A stretch of 64,000 nt of DNA. Source: Leucoraja erinacea. Taxonomy: Eukaryota. Each line of letters begins with the position of its first letter. The stretch's first letter is position 1. Below, piece after piece: positions 52,538-64,000 of the stretch. Under the pieces are notes generated by a model. The model saw only the letters and a list, made by a program, of their open reading frames with translations, was not told the origin of the DNA and did not search any database. A program made the position numbers and the translations under genes. The stretch is from contig NC_073384.1 in the NCBI RefSeq assembly GCF_028641065.1, positions 16,988,001 through 17,052,000 on the forward strand, given 5' to 3'.

Positions 52538-54180
52538 TGAGTGAAATCCAGGTTAGCCGGGAAGTGGTGTTAGGTAAATTGAATGGATTAAAGGCTGATA
52601 AATCCCCAGGGCCAGATAGGCTGCATCCCAGTGTACTTAAGGAAGTAGTCCCAGAAATAGTGGATGCAATATGGATAATTTTTCAAAACTCTTTAGATCC
52701 GGAGTAGTTCCTGTGGATTGGAGGGTAGCTAATGTAACTCCACTTTTTAAAAAGGGAGGGAGAGAGAAAATGGGGAATTATAGACCAGTTAGTCTTACGT
52801 CGGTAGTGGGGAAACTGCTAGAATCAGTTATTAAAGATGGGATAGCAGCACATTTAGAAAGTGGTGAAATCATTGGAAAAAGTCAGCATGGATTTATGAA
52901 AGGTAAATCATGTCTGACGAATCTTATAGAATTTTTCGAGGATGTAACTAGTAGAGTGGATAAGGGAGAACCAGTGGATGTGTTATATCTGGACTTTCAG
53001 AAGGCATTCGACAAGGTCCCACATAAGAGATTAGTATACAAACTTAAAACACACAGTATTGGGGGTTCAGTATTGATGTGGATAGAGAACTGGTTGGCAG
53101 ACAGGAAGCAAAGAGTAGGAGTGAACGGGTCCTTTTCACAATGGCAGGCAGTGACTAGTGGGGTACCGCAAGGCTCAGTTCTGGGACCCCAGCTATTTAC
53201 GATATATATTAATGATTTGAACGAGGGAATTGAATGCAACATCTCCAAGTTTGCGGATGACACGAAGCTGGGGGGCAATGTTAGCTGTGAGGAGGATGCT
53301 AGGAGGCTGCAAGGTGACTTGGATAGGCTGGGTGAGTGGGAAAATGCATGGCAGATGCAGTATAATGTGGATAAATGTGAGGTTATCCACTTTGGTGGCA
53401 AAAATAGGAAAGTAGATTATTATCTGAATGGTGGCTGATTAGGAAAGGGGGAGATGCAATGAGACCTGGGTGTCATGGTACAACAGTCATTAAAAGTAGG
53501 CATGCAGGTGCAGCAGGCAGTGAAGAAGGCGATTGGTATGTTAGCATTCATAGCAAAAGTATTTGAGTATAGGAGCAGGGAGGTTCTACTGCAGTTGTAC
53601 AGGGTCTTAGTGAGACCACACCTGGAGTATGGCGTACAGTTTTGGTCTCCTAATCTGAGGAAAGACATTCTTGCCATAGAGGGAGTACAGAGAAGGTTCA
53701 CCAGACTGATTCCTGGGATGTCAGGACTTTCATATGAAGAAAGACTGGATAGACTCGGTTTGTACTCACTAGAATTTAGAAGATTGAGGGGGGATCATAT
53801 AGAAACTTACAAAATTCTTAAGGGGCGGGACAGGCTAGATGAGGGAAGATTGTTCCCGATGTTGGGGAAGTCCAGAACAAGGGGTCACAGTTTAAGGATA
53901 AGAGGGAAATCTTTTAGGACCGAGATGAGGAAAACTTTTTTCACACAGAGTGGTGAATCTCTGGAATTCTCTGCCGCAGAAGGTAGTTGAGGCCAGTTCA
54001 TTGGCTATATTTAAGAGGGAGTTAGATGTGGCCCTTGTGGCTAAAGGGATCAGGGGGTATGGAGAGAAGGCAGGAACAGGATACTGAGTTGGATGATCAG
54101 CCATGATCATATTGAATGGCGGTGCAGGCTCGAAGGGCCGAATGGCCTACTCCTGCACCTATTTTCTATGTTTCTATGTT
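52538..54180 (+). mobile_element. Young 5'-truncated CR1, same subfamily as 18565-23446, between the V-J exon and the orphan J
   Basis: RT ORFs 52671-53438 and 53475-53990 are nearly identical to 21920-23350. Confidence 0.93.
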
Positions 54181-54242
54181 GTCAATTTTATAGAGACAGA
54201 CATCATTAGTTCACTAAGAAAGGATTCATACAATGTATGGAA

Positions 54243-54282
54243 ATATTTCGAGATGGAACCCTGCTGAATGTAACCAGTAAGT
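54243..54282 (+). pseudogene. Orphan J-like segment (IFRDGTLLNVT plus GTAAGT donor)
   Basis: 35 of 40 nt identical to 52436-52475 (the J end and donor of the V-J exon). FGxG is altered to FRDG. Confidence 0.75.
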
Positions 54283-54624
54283 ACTTGATATTGTACTGTA
54301 CCTGTACCGTAAAACTACGCTCTATTTCTTGATTCCCAAACCCTTAGAATAGCTTTCACACTTTTTACGCCCTCATGATTTTGACAAGTTTATAAGATCA
54401 CTCCTGAGCTTCCTGAACTCCAAGGAATAAAGTCCCATGCTCTCCCGATAACTCTATCCCTCGAGTCCTGACAACATGCTCAGTAATCTTTTCAGCACTG
54501 TTTCCAGCTGAATCACATCTTTCACAGAGGAGGGTGACCAAAACTGACCACAATATTCCAAGTGCAGCCTCTACCGTGCCATATATATATATATATATAG
54601 ATGATATAAAGACTCTTCTTTGCA

Positions 54625-55594
54625 ATATACATGAATAATTTGGATGAAGTGATTCAAAGTAACATTAGCAAATTTGCAGATGTCACAAAGTTGGGTGGCA
54701 GTGTGAACTGTGAGGAGGATGCTATGAGAATGCAGGGTGACTTGGACAGAGGGGGGGGGGGGGGCAGTGGGCAGATGAAGTTTAATGTGGATAAATGTGA
54801 GGTTATCCACTTTGGTATCAAAAAAAAAGAAGGCAGATTACTATCTAAATGGTGTCAAGTTGGGAAAAGGGGAAGTACAACAGGGTCTGGGGGTCCTTGT
54901 TCATCAGTCTATGAAAGTAATCATGCAGGTACAGCAGGCAGTGAAGACAGCGAATGGCATGTTGGCCTTTATAACAAGAGGAGTCGAGTATAGGCGCAAA
55001 GAGGTCCTTCTGCAGTTGTACATGGCCCTAGTGAGACCACACCTGACGCATTGTGTGCAGTTTTGGTCCACTAATTTGAGGGTCTTGCTATTGAGGGAGT
55101 GCAGCGTAGGTTTACAAGTTTAATACCCGGGATGGCGGGACTGTCATATGCTGAGAGAATGGAGCTGCTGGGCTTGTATACTCAAGAGTTTAGAAGGATG
55201 AGAGGGATCTTATTGAAACATATAAGATTGTTAAGGGTTTGGACACTCTAGAGGCAGGAAACATGTTCCTGATGTTGAGGTATCCAGGAGCAGGGGCCAC
55301 AGTTTAAGAATAAGGGGTAAGCCATTTAGAACGGAGACGAGGAAACACTTTTTCTCACAGAGAGCTGCGAGTCTGTGGAATTATCTGTCTCAGAGTGGGG
55401 TGGAGGCCGTTCCTCTGGATACTTTCAGGAGAGAACTAGATACGGCTTTTAAAAATAGCGGAGTCAGGTGATATGGGGAGAAGGCAGGAACGGGGTACTG
55501 ATTGGGGATGATAAGCCATGATCACGTTGAATGGCGGTGCTAGCTAGAAGGGCTGAATGACATACTCCTGCACCTATTGCCTATTTTCTATTGT
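54625..55594 (+). mobile_element. 5'-truncated CR1
   Basis: ISKFADVTKLGG..RPHL..VQFWS, 3'UTR and tail. Confidence 0.85.
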
Positions 55595-57240
55595 CAGGCA
55601 TTCAATCTTTTCTGTAAACGCACGAGAGCTAAGTGAGTGGTAAACACCAGCACAGAACCCTCCTTAATTATTGTCATGAATTAGTTCCAGTATCTTCTCA
55701 TGGCATGGAAACAGGCCCTTTGGCCCAACTTGCACACCGGCCAATATGTTCCATCTACACCAGTACCACCTGCCTGTATTTAGCCCATATCCGTCTAAAC
55801 CAGTCTTGTCATATACCTGTCTAAATGATTTTTAAACTAAATGTTTACAAGAGAGTTCATCTCCCCTTCATTAAACTTTCCAACCATAAAGCTGTTTCCT
55901 GTTTAATTACCAATGAAAAGAAACATTTAGGACATCATCTCTACTACTGCCTCCATGTTGTCCATGTTGTTCCTAATGGGTGCTACGTTTTCCGTAGTTA
56001 TTCTTTTGCCCTTATGTATGTCTTCAAGTGTAACTTAATCCTATCTGCCAGAGAATTTAATGGCCCATACAGCCTTCATAATTTTTTTAAGCTCTCTCCA
56101 ATCCTCTGATACTTAACAATCCTCCAGGTCATTTGTTCCCCATACCAGTCACAAGTTTCATTTTTTCTCTTTATTCAACCCTCAATAACCATTGACAGTT
56201 CCCTGTACTTAATACTCTTAGCATTTACCCTTCTAGGAATATGTTGGTCTTGAACTCTGATTGTTTTTCCATTGAATGCTTCCCACTATGCAGATGTGGA
56301 CTCACCTGCAAGTAGACACACCCACTATGCTATTCTTCCAAACAAGTGAATAACCTTGCACTTTCCCACATTATACTCTGACTGCCACATTCTCGCCAAC
56401 TTGCCTGAGTACGTCCTTTTGCAGAGTCTTTCAAGGCTTCCTGCAATTCATCAACAATAGTACTTTTACTCCTTATTAATGTAATGATTGAATTAACAGT
56501 CACAGTTCATACTTACTGGGTGCCACAGGAAAATATCAATTTGCAAATTAACATATATTGAAATGTATTTAACAATGCAATGGGTCTGACATTTGTTCAA
56601 TACATAAACAATGCAACAAGGTAAAGAGAAAGTGTTGCCGAATGTGCCTGAATGTGGTCAGGAAACATGAGAAGTTCAGCTCGGCCATACTCGGCAACAC
56701 ATCCACTTTACCTCCTTTTCGGCTCTCTGCAATTTCTTGCGGTCTTGGATGGAACTGTTCTCAAACCCAGGCCTAAGAACTCCAAAGGTTCACCAGCTTC
56801 TGAGTGGATACATTTATCCTTAGTTCACTTCTAAATGACCTTGATCTCAATTTAAAAAACTGTAACTGCTCCCATGAATCTAAATTCCTAGCAGGGAAAC
56901 ATCTTCTCCACATTGACCTTGACAAGTCCTGTAACCAATTTATATAGTGAAGACTTCTCAATCTTCTTAATTTTAAACATTAGGCTGCAGTTACTCAATA
57001 TCGCCTCATATGACAGACCTATTGTTCTAGTAGCTATCTACCAAATCTTCACTGCACTCAGCTTAAAGCAATAATGTTTCATTTTTGTGCCCAGTACGTC
57101 TTGTGTGGTCTGACCAAGGCCTTATAAATAAGACATGACTATACTTTGCTCTTCGACCAAACCTTAGCGCAACATGTGATTTGTACAATTCATTGCATGT
57201 GCATCTGCATATTAGCTTTCAGTGACGTGTTTATCATAGA

Positions 57241-60200
57241 TTTTACTTCGGAGTCTCGTGAGTGACTACGTGAAGACCCCGCCAGCATTCATGTGCGACA
57301 TAGCGTCTCACGCAGTGCAACAGCGACGGGTGGGGGAAAGAGCTCTCCCACAACAGAGTTTAAAACGGGACCTACAGGTAAGTTAAGCTTATTCTGAGGT
57401 CGTTATTTCCAACCCTTGCTGTGTTCTGTGTTTCAGCGAACATGGACAAGGGAAGAAAACTAAAGAAAGTCGCGCCCCGTATGACTGTGATGGCCCAGGA
57501 GGGTTCCAGCAGTGGGGGGTGACCGGTGGCACCTGGACCGTGCTCGCGGCGGTCCACAGTCACTGACTCAATCTCTGCTCAGCCAAGCCCAACTCCGCAA
57601 GCTGCTCAGCTCGAACTACTGCAGCGGGTTGGAGGCAAGGCAAAGCAGAAGTCGCTCCGGCCGATAGACTCGGACGAGTCTGGTCAGGAAGACGCGCTGC
57701 CCGAGAGCAGCAAAGGTGACCATTTATCCTGCATGGAGCAGTTGATGGAGCAGATGTTCCAGCGAGACTTGCTCCGGTAGATGGAGCAAGCTCGCCATTG
57801 GAGTGCTCGCACACCCACAACAGCACCGTATTTGGCGCTGTCCATCGCATCTCCCTCGACAGAGGGGAGCGTTGGGAGCCTGGGTTGGGCTGGCCTGGAA
57901 GAGGGGCTTGTGGCTGAAGACACCAGCAGTGTGCTGGGGGTGCAGGACCAGGAAGAGCTGCTGGGAGTGGTCAACCGGTTTGCGGTATCACCACGCGCGG
58001 GACAATTCAATTCAATTCAATTCAAAACACTTTATTCGTCCCCGAGGGGCAATTTAAAAGGGCGCATTACAGTAGCTTTTTAAAAAGGGACACAATCAAC
58101 AAATAAGCCGCACGCATACTGCACAATCAACCAGCACACGCATTTCACAGACACACTGCACAATCACACAACACACACCGCACATCAACATTCAACACAT
58201 AGCAATAGTTTTAAACGTGCTTCCTAAGTGCTTCAATTAAAAAGTGCATATAGAAGGTTATTTAATTTAATATATTCATGAGTCAGTGATCAGCATTAAA
58301 TAGCTGGACAGCCCTGGGGATGAAGGTTGCCTTCCTCCTGTGTGTCCGGCAACCCGGACAGCGGAGTCTGCGTCCTGAGGGGAGCCACTCAAACTCAGGA
58401 AACAGGATGTGAGAGGGGTCCTGAAGAATCCTGCGTGTTAACTTTACAGACTGTTGGTCGCATAGGGCAGTGAGAGTTCGGACGGGCTGCTCAATGATTT
58501 TTGAGCAGACCTTGACCACATTCAACAGGCGGTTTCTGTTTTGCAGGGTGATGGAGTGGAACCAGCTAGTGAAAGAGAAGGTTATTACATTTTCAATGAA
58601 TGCGTAGTAGAATGTGGTGAGAATGTCTTTGTTAATCCCAAATGACTTCAGCTTCCTGAGTAGGTACTGTCTCTGATGGCACTTTTTAAGGATTTCCTCT
58701 ATGTTAGAGGAAAACCTTAGCAGGTTGTCGAAGGCTGTTCCCAGGTATCTGTATACCTCCACTATCTCCACTGGCTCCTGCTGGATGATAGTGGTGGCTG
58801 CCTCAGCCATCTGTCTCTGTTGGGGGGAAAAAGTCACAATCATGTCCTTGGTTTTGCTTATATTTAGCTCAAGACAAGACTTTTCACACCACTATAGTGT
58901 CCTGCAGGGCTGAGCTGTGATGTTGTGTGTGGCTGGGAAGAAGAGACAGGAGAACTGTGTCATCAGCAAATTTTACAAAGTGGCAGTTTGGTTGGGTGGA
59001 TCTGCAGTCATCAGTGTAGAGAATGAAGAGAAGTGGGGAGAGGACACAGCCTTGTGGAGAGCCAGTGAAGGTGAAGAGGGTGTCAGACAAGGTGTGGTTC
59101 ACCAACACCCTCTGTGATCTGTTGGTGAGGAAGTCTATAATCCACAGAGTGAGTTGGTGGTTGAGGTGGAAGCGGGTGATGAGCTTCTCAGCCAAAATAT
59201 GTGGCTGCATGGTGTTGAATGCTGATGAGAAGTCTACAAACAGAAGTCTGGCTGTGGCCTTGGGGATTTCTAGATGCTTATGGATGGTGTTTAAGATGAA
59301 TATTTTTGCGTCATCGACACCCCGCCAGCCTGGTAAGCAAACTGCAATGGATCCATAATCGAGCCAGTTGCCTTGGTGATGTGCTCCTTGATGATCCTCT
59401 CCATGGCCTTCATGATCAGGGAGGTGAGAGCCACCGGTCTAAGGTCATTCAGGACCTTGGTGGTGCCCTTCTTTGGGATGGGAATCACTGTTGAGTTTTT
59501 CAACATCGCGGGGACTGTGCTGCTGGTCAAAGAGCCCTGGAACAGATGCTGGAACACACCTCCCAGCTGCTCAGCACAGTGCCATAGGGTCCGCCCGCAG
59601 ATGTTGTCTGGCCCTGCAGCTGTGTTCTTTTTAGTCCTTTTGATGTGTTGACGTTGAGGCCGGAGTCATCAGGTCTGAGTGTGGAGACGATTGATTCTAG
59701 CTGGGTGCTATTGTCCTTTTCAAATCTGGTGTAGAAGGAATTGAGATAATTCGGGAGTGAAGTGAAGCTGCTTCCTGCTACCTGAATGGGCTTGCGGCTG
59801 GTAGAGACAGAGTTCACTGCTGCCATGTTCTTGAGGCCCTGCCAAGCCGCACGGAGGTTCCCTTTTCCAAAGGTCTGCTCCAAAAAGGCGTTGCAGTCGA
59901 AACTGGTGGCCATTGTAGACTACCTGTCCTTCCACCCACTGCAGGAACAGGTAGTCAATGAGATTGTGGACAGATATACACCTCCGGAGAACTGCATCTC
60001 ACTAAATGTACCGGCCGTTAACAGCCAAATTTGGGGGTACATTAGGCTGGTGATAAGGACCCAGGAGGTGAAGCTCCAGAAAATCTTAAAGCTCCTAACA
60101 TCAGCAATAATGTCCTATGCTCGTTCGGTTGATGGGGGTCGAAATGACCGATAACTAGCAGGACACACTGGCTCTACTGTGCAACACACAGTATGAGATA

Positions 60201-61207
60201 AACTGCCTACTGAAGGATGTCATCAGACCTGCCCTCAATCCCAAATTTGCAGGGTTGTGCAAAACTGCAACTGCACAACCACAAATACTGCTGTTTGGGA
60301 AGGACTTGGCGAAAGAAGTCAAAGATCTGGACGAAGAGTCGAAAGCCCTTGGACTCATGAGTGCAGGTCCAGGAATGAGTAAAGCCACATAACCCAGGCA
60401 GCAGCACCCCTATGCATCCACCAGCAGGCGTCAACACCAGGGTGCTGGCGAAAGCATGGGGGCCGCACATCATCCCCGGAGGTCTTTTTTAGTCCAGGGC
60501 CCAGAGCGGCCCTCATGGAAGATGTGCCAACCCCACACTCCGGCACCTCGACCAGCGAAGAAACAGAGGCCGAAGAAATTAACACCCTACCAGTAACCAT
60601 GGAGGTAGGTGGGTCTGGTTCCTTCTACAACATAAAAGGTGTAGGGCCTGTACTAACAGGGGGAAGGTTACACTTGTTTTTTGAAGCATGGAGGACTATC
60701 ACACTTGATAAATATATACTACAAAGTATTCAGGGATACAAAATTGATTTCATCCAAAAAAGTATGCCACCAGTTCAACATGTACCTCACAGGGAGTTTG
60801 TACTCTCACAAAGGGAAAAATGCGAGGGACATGCAGAACTGGTGAGTTTACATGCAAAAGGAGTCATAGAGAAAACGGAATGTGACTCTTAAGAATTTGT
60901 ATTGAATATTTCTACAAAAACCAAGAAAGATGGTGGGTGTCGCATCATCATTGACTTAACTACACTGAATACTTTTGTCAGGTATATACATTTCAAAATG
61001 GAAATATTTGTTACTGCTAAACAATTAATTTCCAAAGGATACTTCATGGCATGCATCTATTTGAAAGATGCATACTATTCAGTAGCCATTCATAAGGATC
61101 ATCGTAGATACCTAAAGTTTAACTGGATGGGGCAACTATGGCAGTATACAGTGTTGCCTAATGGCTTAACAATAGCCCCAAGACTGTTTACCAAGATATT
61201 AAAACCA
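57241..61207 (+). mobile_element. DIRS1-like retrotransposon, 5' half (left ITR, gag, RT N-terminus)
   Basis: TTTT-initiated ITR; gag ..YTPPENCISLNVPAVNSQIW..; RT GGRLHLF..W..IQGYKIDF..KKDGGCRIIIDL..LN..HFKME..LKDAYY..LPNGLTIAPRLFTK, ending before YxDD. Confidence 0.9.
58004..59885 (-). mobile_element. Rex/Babar LINE inserted into DIRS gag
   Basis: RT GSPQGCVLSPLLF, FADD, C-terminal LPSGRR; (ATTGA)n tail at 58004-58023. Confidence 0.88.
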
Positions 61208-61526
61208 CCAATAAGCAATTCTAAAATTGAAAACGTAAATAACGATATGAGTGAAGTTAATGACCAAGCAATATATGTACCACCAACTATTGAAACACCA
61301 TTATCTCCTGATGCTGCGACAGTCAACGAGACATACTAAACCTCCTGACTGTCTCAACTTATAAATAGGAGGGGAGAATGATGTGTACCTATGGGTGGGG
61401 CATCGGGCTGGCGAGGCCTGCGGAATCAGCGATAATTTCCAGGCAGTTTGAAGTTGTGTATTATGGAAATTAGTTGATTAAAACTTAAATAAAGTTTAAG
61501 TAAATCACAATTTTTCATTTCCATCA
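61208..61526 (+). mobile_element. Gypsy-like LTR element 3' end (integrase tail, PPT, 148-bp LTR)
   Basis: LRQSTRHTKPPDCLNL* (RxSxRxxKPP motif), polypurine tract AGGAGGGGAGAA, LTR TGATG(61379)..AATAAA..CATCA(61526). Confidence 0.72.
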
Positions 61527-61872
61527 CAACTGTTTTAGTTTAGTTTAGAGTTACAGCGCGGAAAAGAGGCACTTCATCTCATTGAGTTCTCACCAACCAG
61601 CAATCCCTGCACACTAACACTAACACTATCCCACACACACCAGGAACAATTTACAGTTATACCAAGCCAACCTACATACTTTAACGTCTTTGGAGTGTGG
61701 GAAGAAACCGGAAATCCTGGGGAAAACCCACGCGGGTCATGATGAGAACGGCCAATCTCTGTACAGCCAAGTACCCATAGTCAGGATCGAATCCGGGTGC
61801 CTGGCATTGTAAGGCAGCAACTCTACCATTGCGCCACTGATAGCTTGACATCATTTATAGGAAATTTGCTAG

Positions 61873-63753
61873 AATAGTAAGATTAAACAAGAACTTACCA
61901 GTTTGAAGTTTGATCTTTATTTTATGAGGAGTTACGATGAGGGATTACGTGAAGACCCCGCCAGCACGCATGCGTGCCATTCTTCAAAGCAGCGATGTGG
62001 AATCACAGAAATAGTAAGATAAGAAGAACTAGGATACCAGTTGACCTTTATAATTGAGGGTGGGAGCGGAGGGCATGTAATCCCCCATCGTAACTCTTCA
62101 TAAAATAAAGATCAAACTTCAAACTGGTAAGTTCTCGTTTACTATGTTACTATTTTACTGCGGAGTCACGTGAGTGACTATGTGAAGATTTTAAAGATCT
62201 GTGATTTCAAGCCATGGAACAATCCATGCTTCACTCACTGCCGAAGTCATCCAAGGGAGGAATTATGTTATCGCAATTAAACATGAATCAATTTTTTAAA
62301 AACAATAACGATTTTTCTTTTTGAAACAAAGAAAAATAATGCTCCCTCGGGCTAAATTATATATTTGTAGAACTTAAATTTTTTCTGCAAACACTGCAGG
62401 TTTTGCAATCGGCTTGTTATAAAATATTTGGAAAGTCCTTTCCGTAGACCATCCTGCTGTTGCCAGAATATATTCCATTGGTACCTCCATATTTCTGGTC
62501 GCCGATGTTGCTGCTGCCCTGGTGGAGTGAGCTTTTAAAATGTCAGTATCCACCCCAGCAGCCCCCAGAACCTGTCTGAGCCATCTTGAGATGGTTTGTA
62601 CTGACACCCGACCATGAGGCTGTTTGAAGCTAACCCATAATGCCATTTCGCTTCCTCTTCAGTTGTCCTAAGGTAAAGCAGTAGATGCGACATGACACAC
62701 AAACGGGGGTCAGATGGGTACGCCCGGAATTCCAAAGTCAGTCCCGAAGTTCCCGGTCTACTCTGTTTGACCAGCTCCAAGATTCTGAATGTTATCTTGT
62801 CAGTTGATGTTGCCATATTGTCCAGTCTTAATTTGTATAGGGACTGGACCCTTTGGGCTGAGACCAAGGCCATCAGCATAGAGTGAGCTGTTCCAGGGAC
62901 AGGGACCTGGCTGGTGACCAACCCCTTAGTAATGTCAGGATGACACTGACATCCCAGATCTGGGTGTACCTTGGTCTAGGGGGATTGGTGTTATAGATAC
63001 CCATCATTTGTTTGGCCACCAGAGGGTGAGATCCTATGGACTGCTGTCCTGGTGCCTTCCATAGATAAGCTGACAGAGCACTCCTAGCACTGTTGATTGT
63101 GCTGTAACTCAGTCCTTCATCGAAGTGAAGGCTGGATAGGAACTCCAGGATGTTGGTAATTGTAGTTGATCTGTATGCTACCCCAGTCCTCGAGCAGTAC
63201 GCTTCCCACTTCCGAATGCTGGAGAGGTACTGCTTCTTGGTCAATTCTCAGTAGGCCGCCATGATCATCATTCATGGTCCTGTCCGATAATCCCAGATCC
63301 AACAGAGGCCATTTCAAATTCTGCAAGCCAACAGATTTATCCTGTCATGGCACGGATGACTTTCGCCCGTAACAGGATGGGCCAACAGATCTGGTCTTTT
63401 GGAAATGGCCATGGGTGGTTCAGTGACCATGTCGAGGACCACAGGGAACCATGGCTGTGTAGGACAGTCAGGTACTACCAAAATACCTGAAGCTGAGTCC
63501 ATTTGTATTTTGCGTAGGATCCGACTGATGAGGCAGAAGGGGTGAAAGGCATTGAAAAACAATTTTCCCCAATTCAGCGAAAAAGCGTCCATCATTGCTG
63601 CCTCAAGGTCTGGTTCCCAAGCAACATATGTTGGTAACTGGTGATTCAGTCGGGATGCAAAGAGATCGATATCAGGTGTTCCATACCGCTTTGTAATATC
63701 AGCAAACACTTTATGGTTCAACATCCATTCGGTGTTGTCATTAAATTTTCGTG
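61873..63753 (-). mobile_element. DIRS1-like retrotransposon, 3' half (RNase H end, methyltransferase-like domain, tyrosine recombinase, ICR, right ITR)
   Basis: PDIDLFASRLN..DAF..W..NAFHPF..QPWFP; YR ..RSALS..SHPLV..RVQSL..HSTRAAATS..AGW..F..FY. 61873-61948 is inverted relative to 62077-62154; 62153-62188 and 61946-61979 match the left ITR at 57241. Confidence 0.92.
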
Positions 63754-64000
63754 TTTCTGAAAATCCCGACCTAGAATTATATCGCTACACAAATCTTTCA
63801 AAATATCAAGACATACAGATTTCTAACTAGTTTTGTTCAGAATAAAGTCTACAATACAAGATCCAATAATTTGTGTATTGAGAGTTGTCAGAGCCATTGA
63901 GATTTCTCTATTTGAAGAAATTATAGTTAGATTTAGACAAGACACAAGTTGTTCATTTATAAAACTTTCTGAACTGCCAGAATCAAGTACAACATTAAAT
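63754..64000 (-). mobile_element. Gypsy-like aspartic protease remnant (continues past the window end)
   Basis: Minus strand reads FNVVLDSGSSESFINE..IIGSC..LCSDIILGRDFQK with one stop codon. Confidence 0.8.

Noticed and set aside
54199-54237. Functional RSS before the orphan J
   Set aside because: The heptamer ends GTA rather than GTG, and there is no nonamer at 12- or 23-bp spacing.
54300-57240. Search for a constant-domain or TM exon of gene B
   Set aside because: Only CR1 and SINE remnants were seen; no C1-set motif with splice sites was found by eye.
61099-61326. Hydrophobic minus-strand ORF resembling a transmembrane exon
   Set aside because: It is the antisense of the Gypsy integrase tail and DIRS RT junction, on the wrong strand for gene B.

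Overview
This is eukaryotic, repeat-dense DNA. Its repeat families (HER1-type CR1 LINEs, HE1/V-SINEs, Penelope, Rex/Babar, DIRS) point to a cartilaginous fish, probably a skate or ray (inference). The only host-gene content I can support is a pair of divergently oriented paralogous immunoglobulin-superfamily genes in a roughly 5.5 kb inverted duplication. Gene B (+) has a 49-nt signal-peptide exon at 39678-39726 that can splice in frame across a 12.4 kb intron to a single germline-joined V-J exon at 52119-52469. An orphan second J-like segment with its own splice donor follows at 54243-54282. Gene A (-) has a near-identical leader exon at 9344-9392; its V exon probably lies left of the window. 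No C, TM or cytoplasmic exons were found in the window. Everything else is mobile DNA: a near full-length CR1, many CR1 3' ends, a Helitron whose empty site is seen in the paralog, hAT and Harbinger-like MITEs, Penelope elements with hammerhead-ribozyme-like cores, a GC-rich non-coding retroposon family with Rex-type tails, and a DIRS plus a Gypsy element cut by an inversion at about 61.2-63.75 kb. TE boundaries are approximate unless TIR/TSD coordinates are given. Identity comparisons were made by eye.
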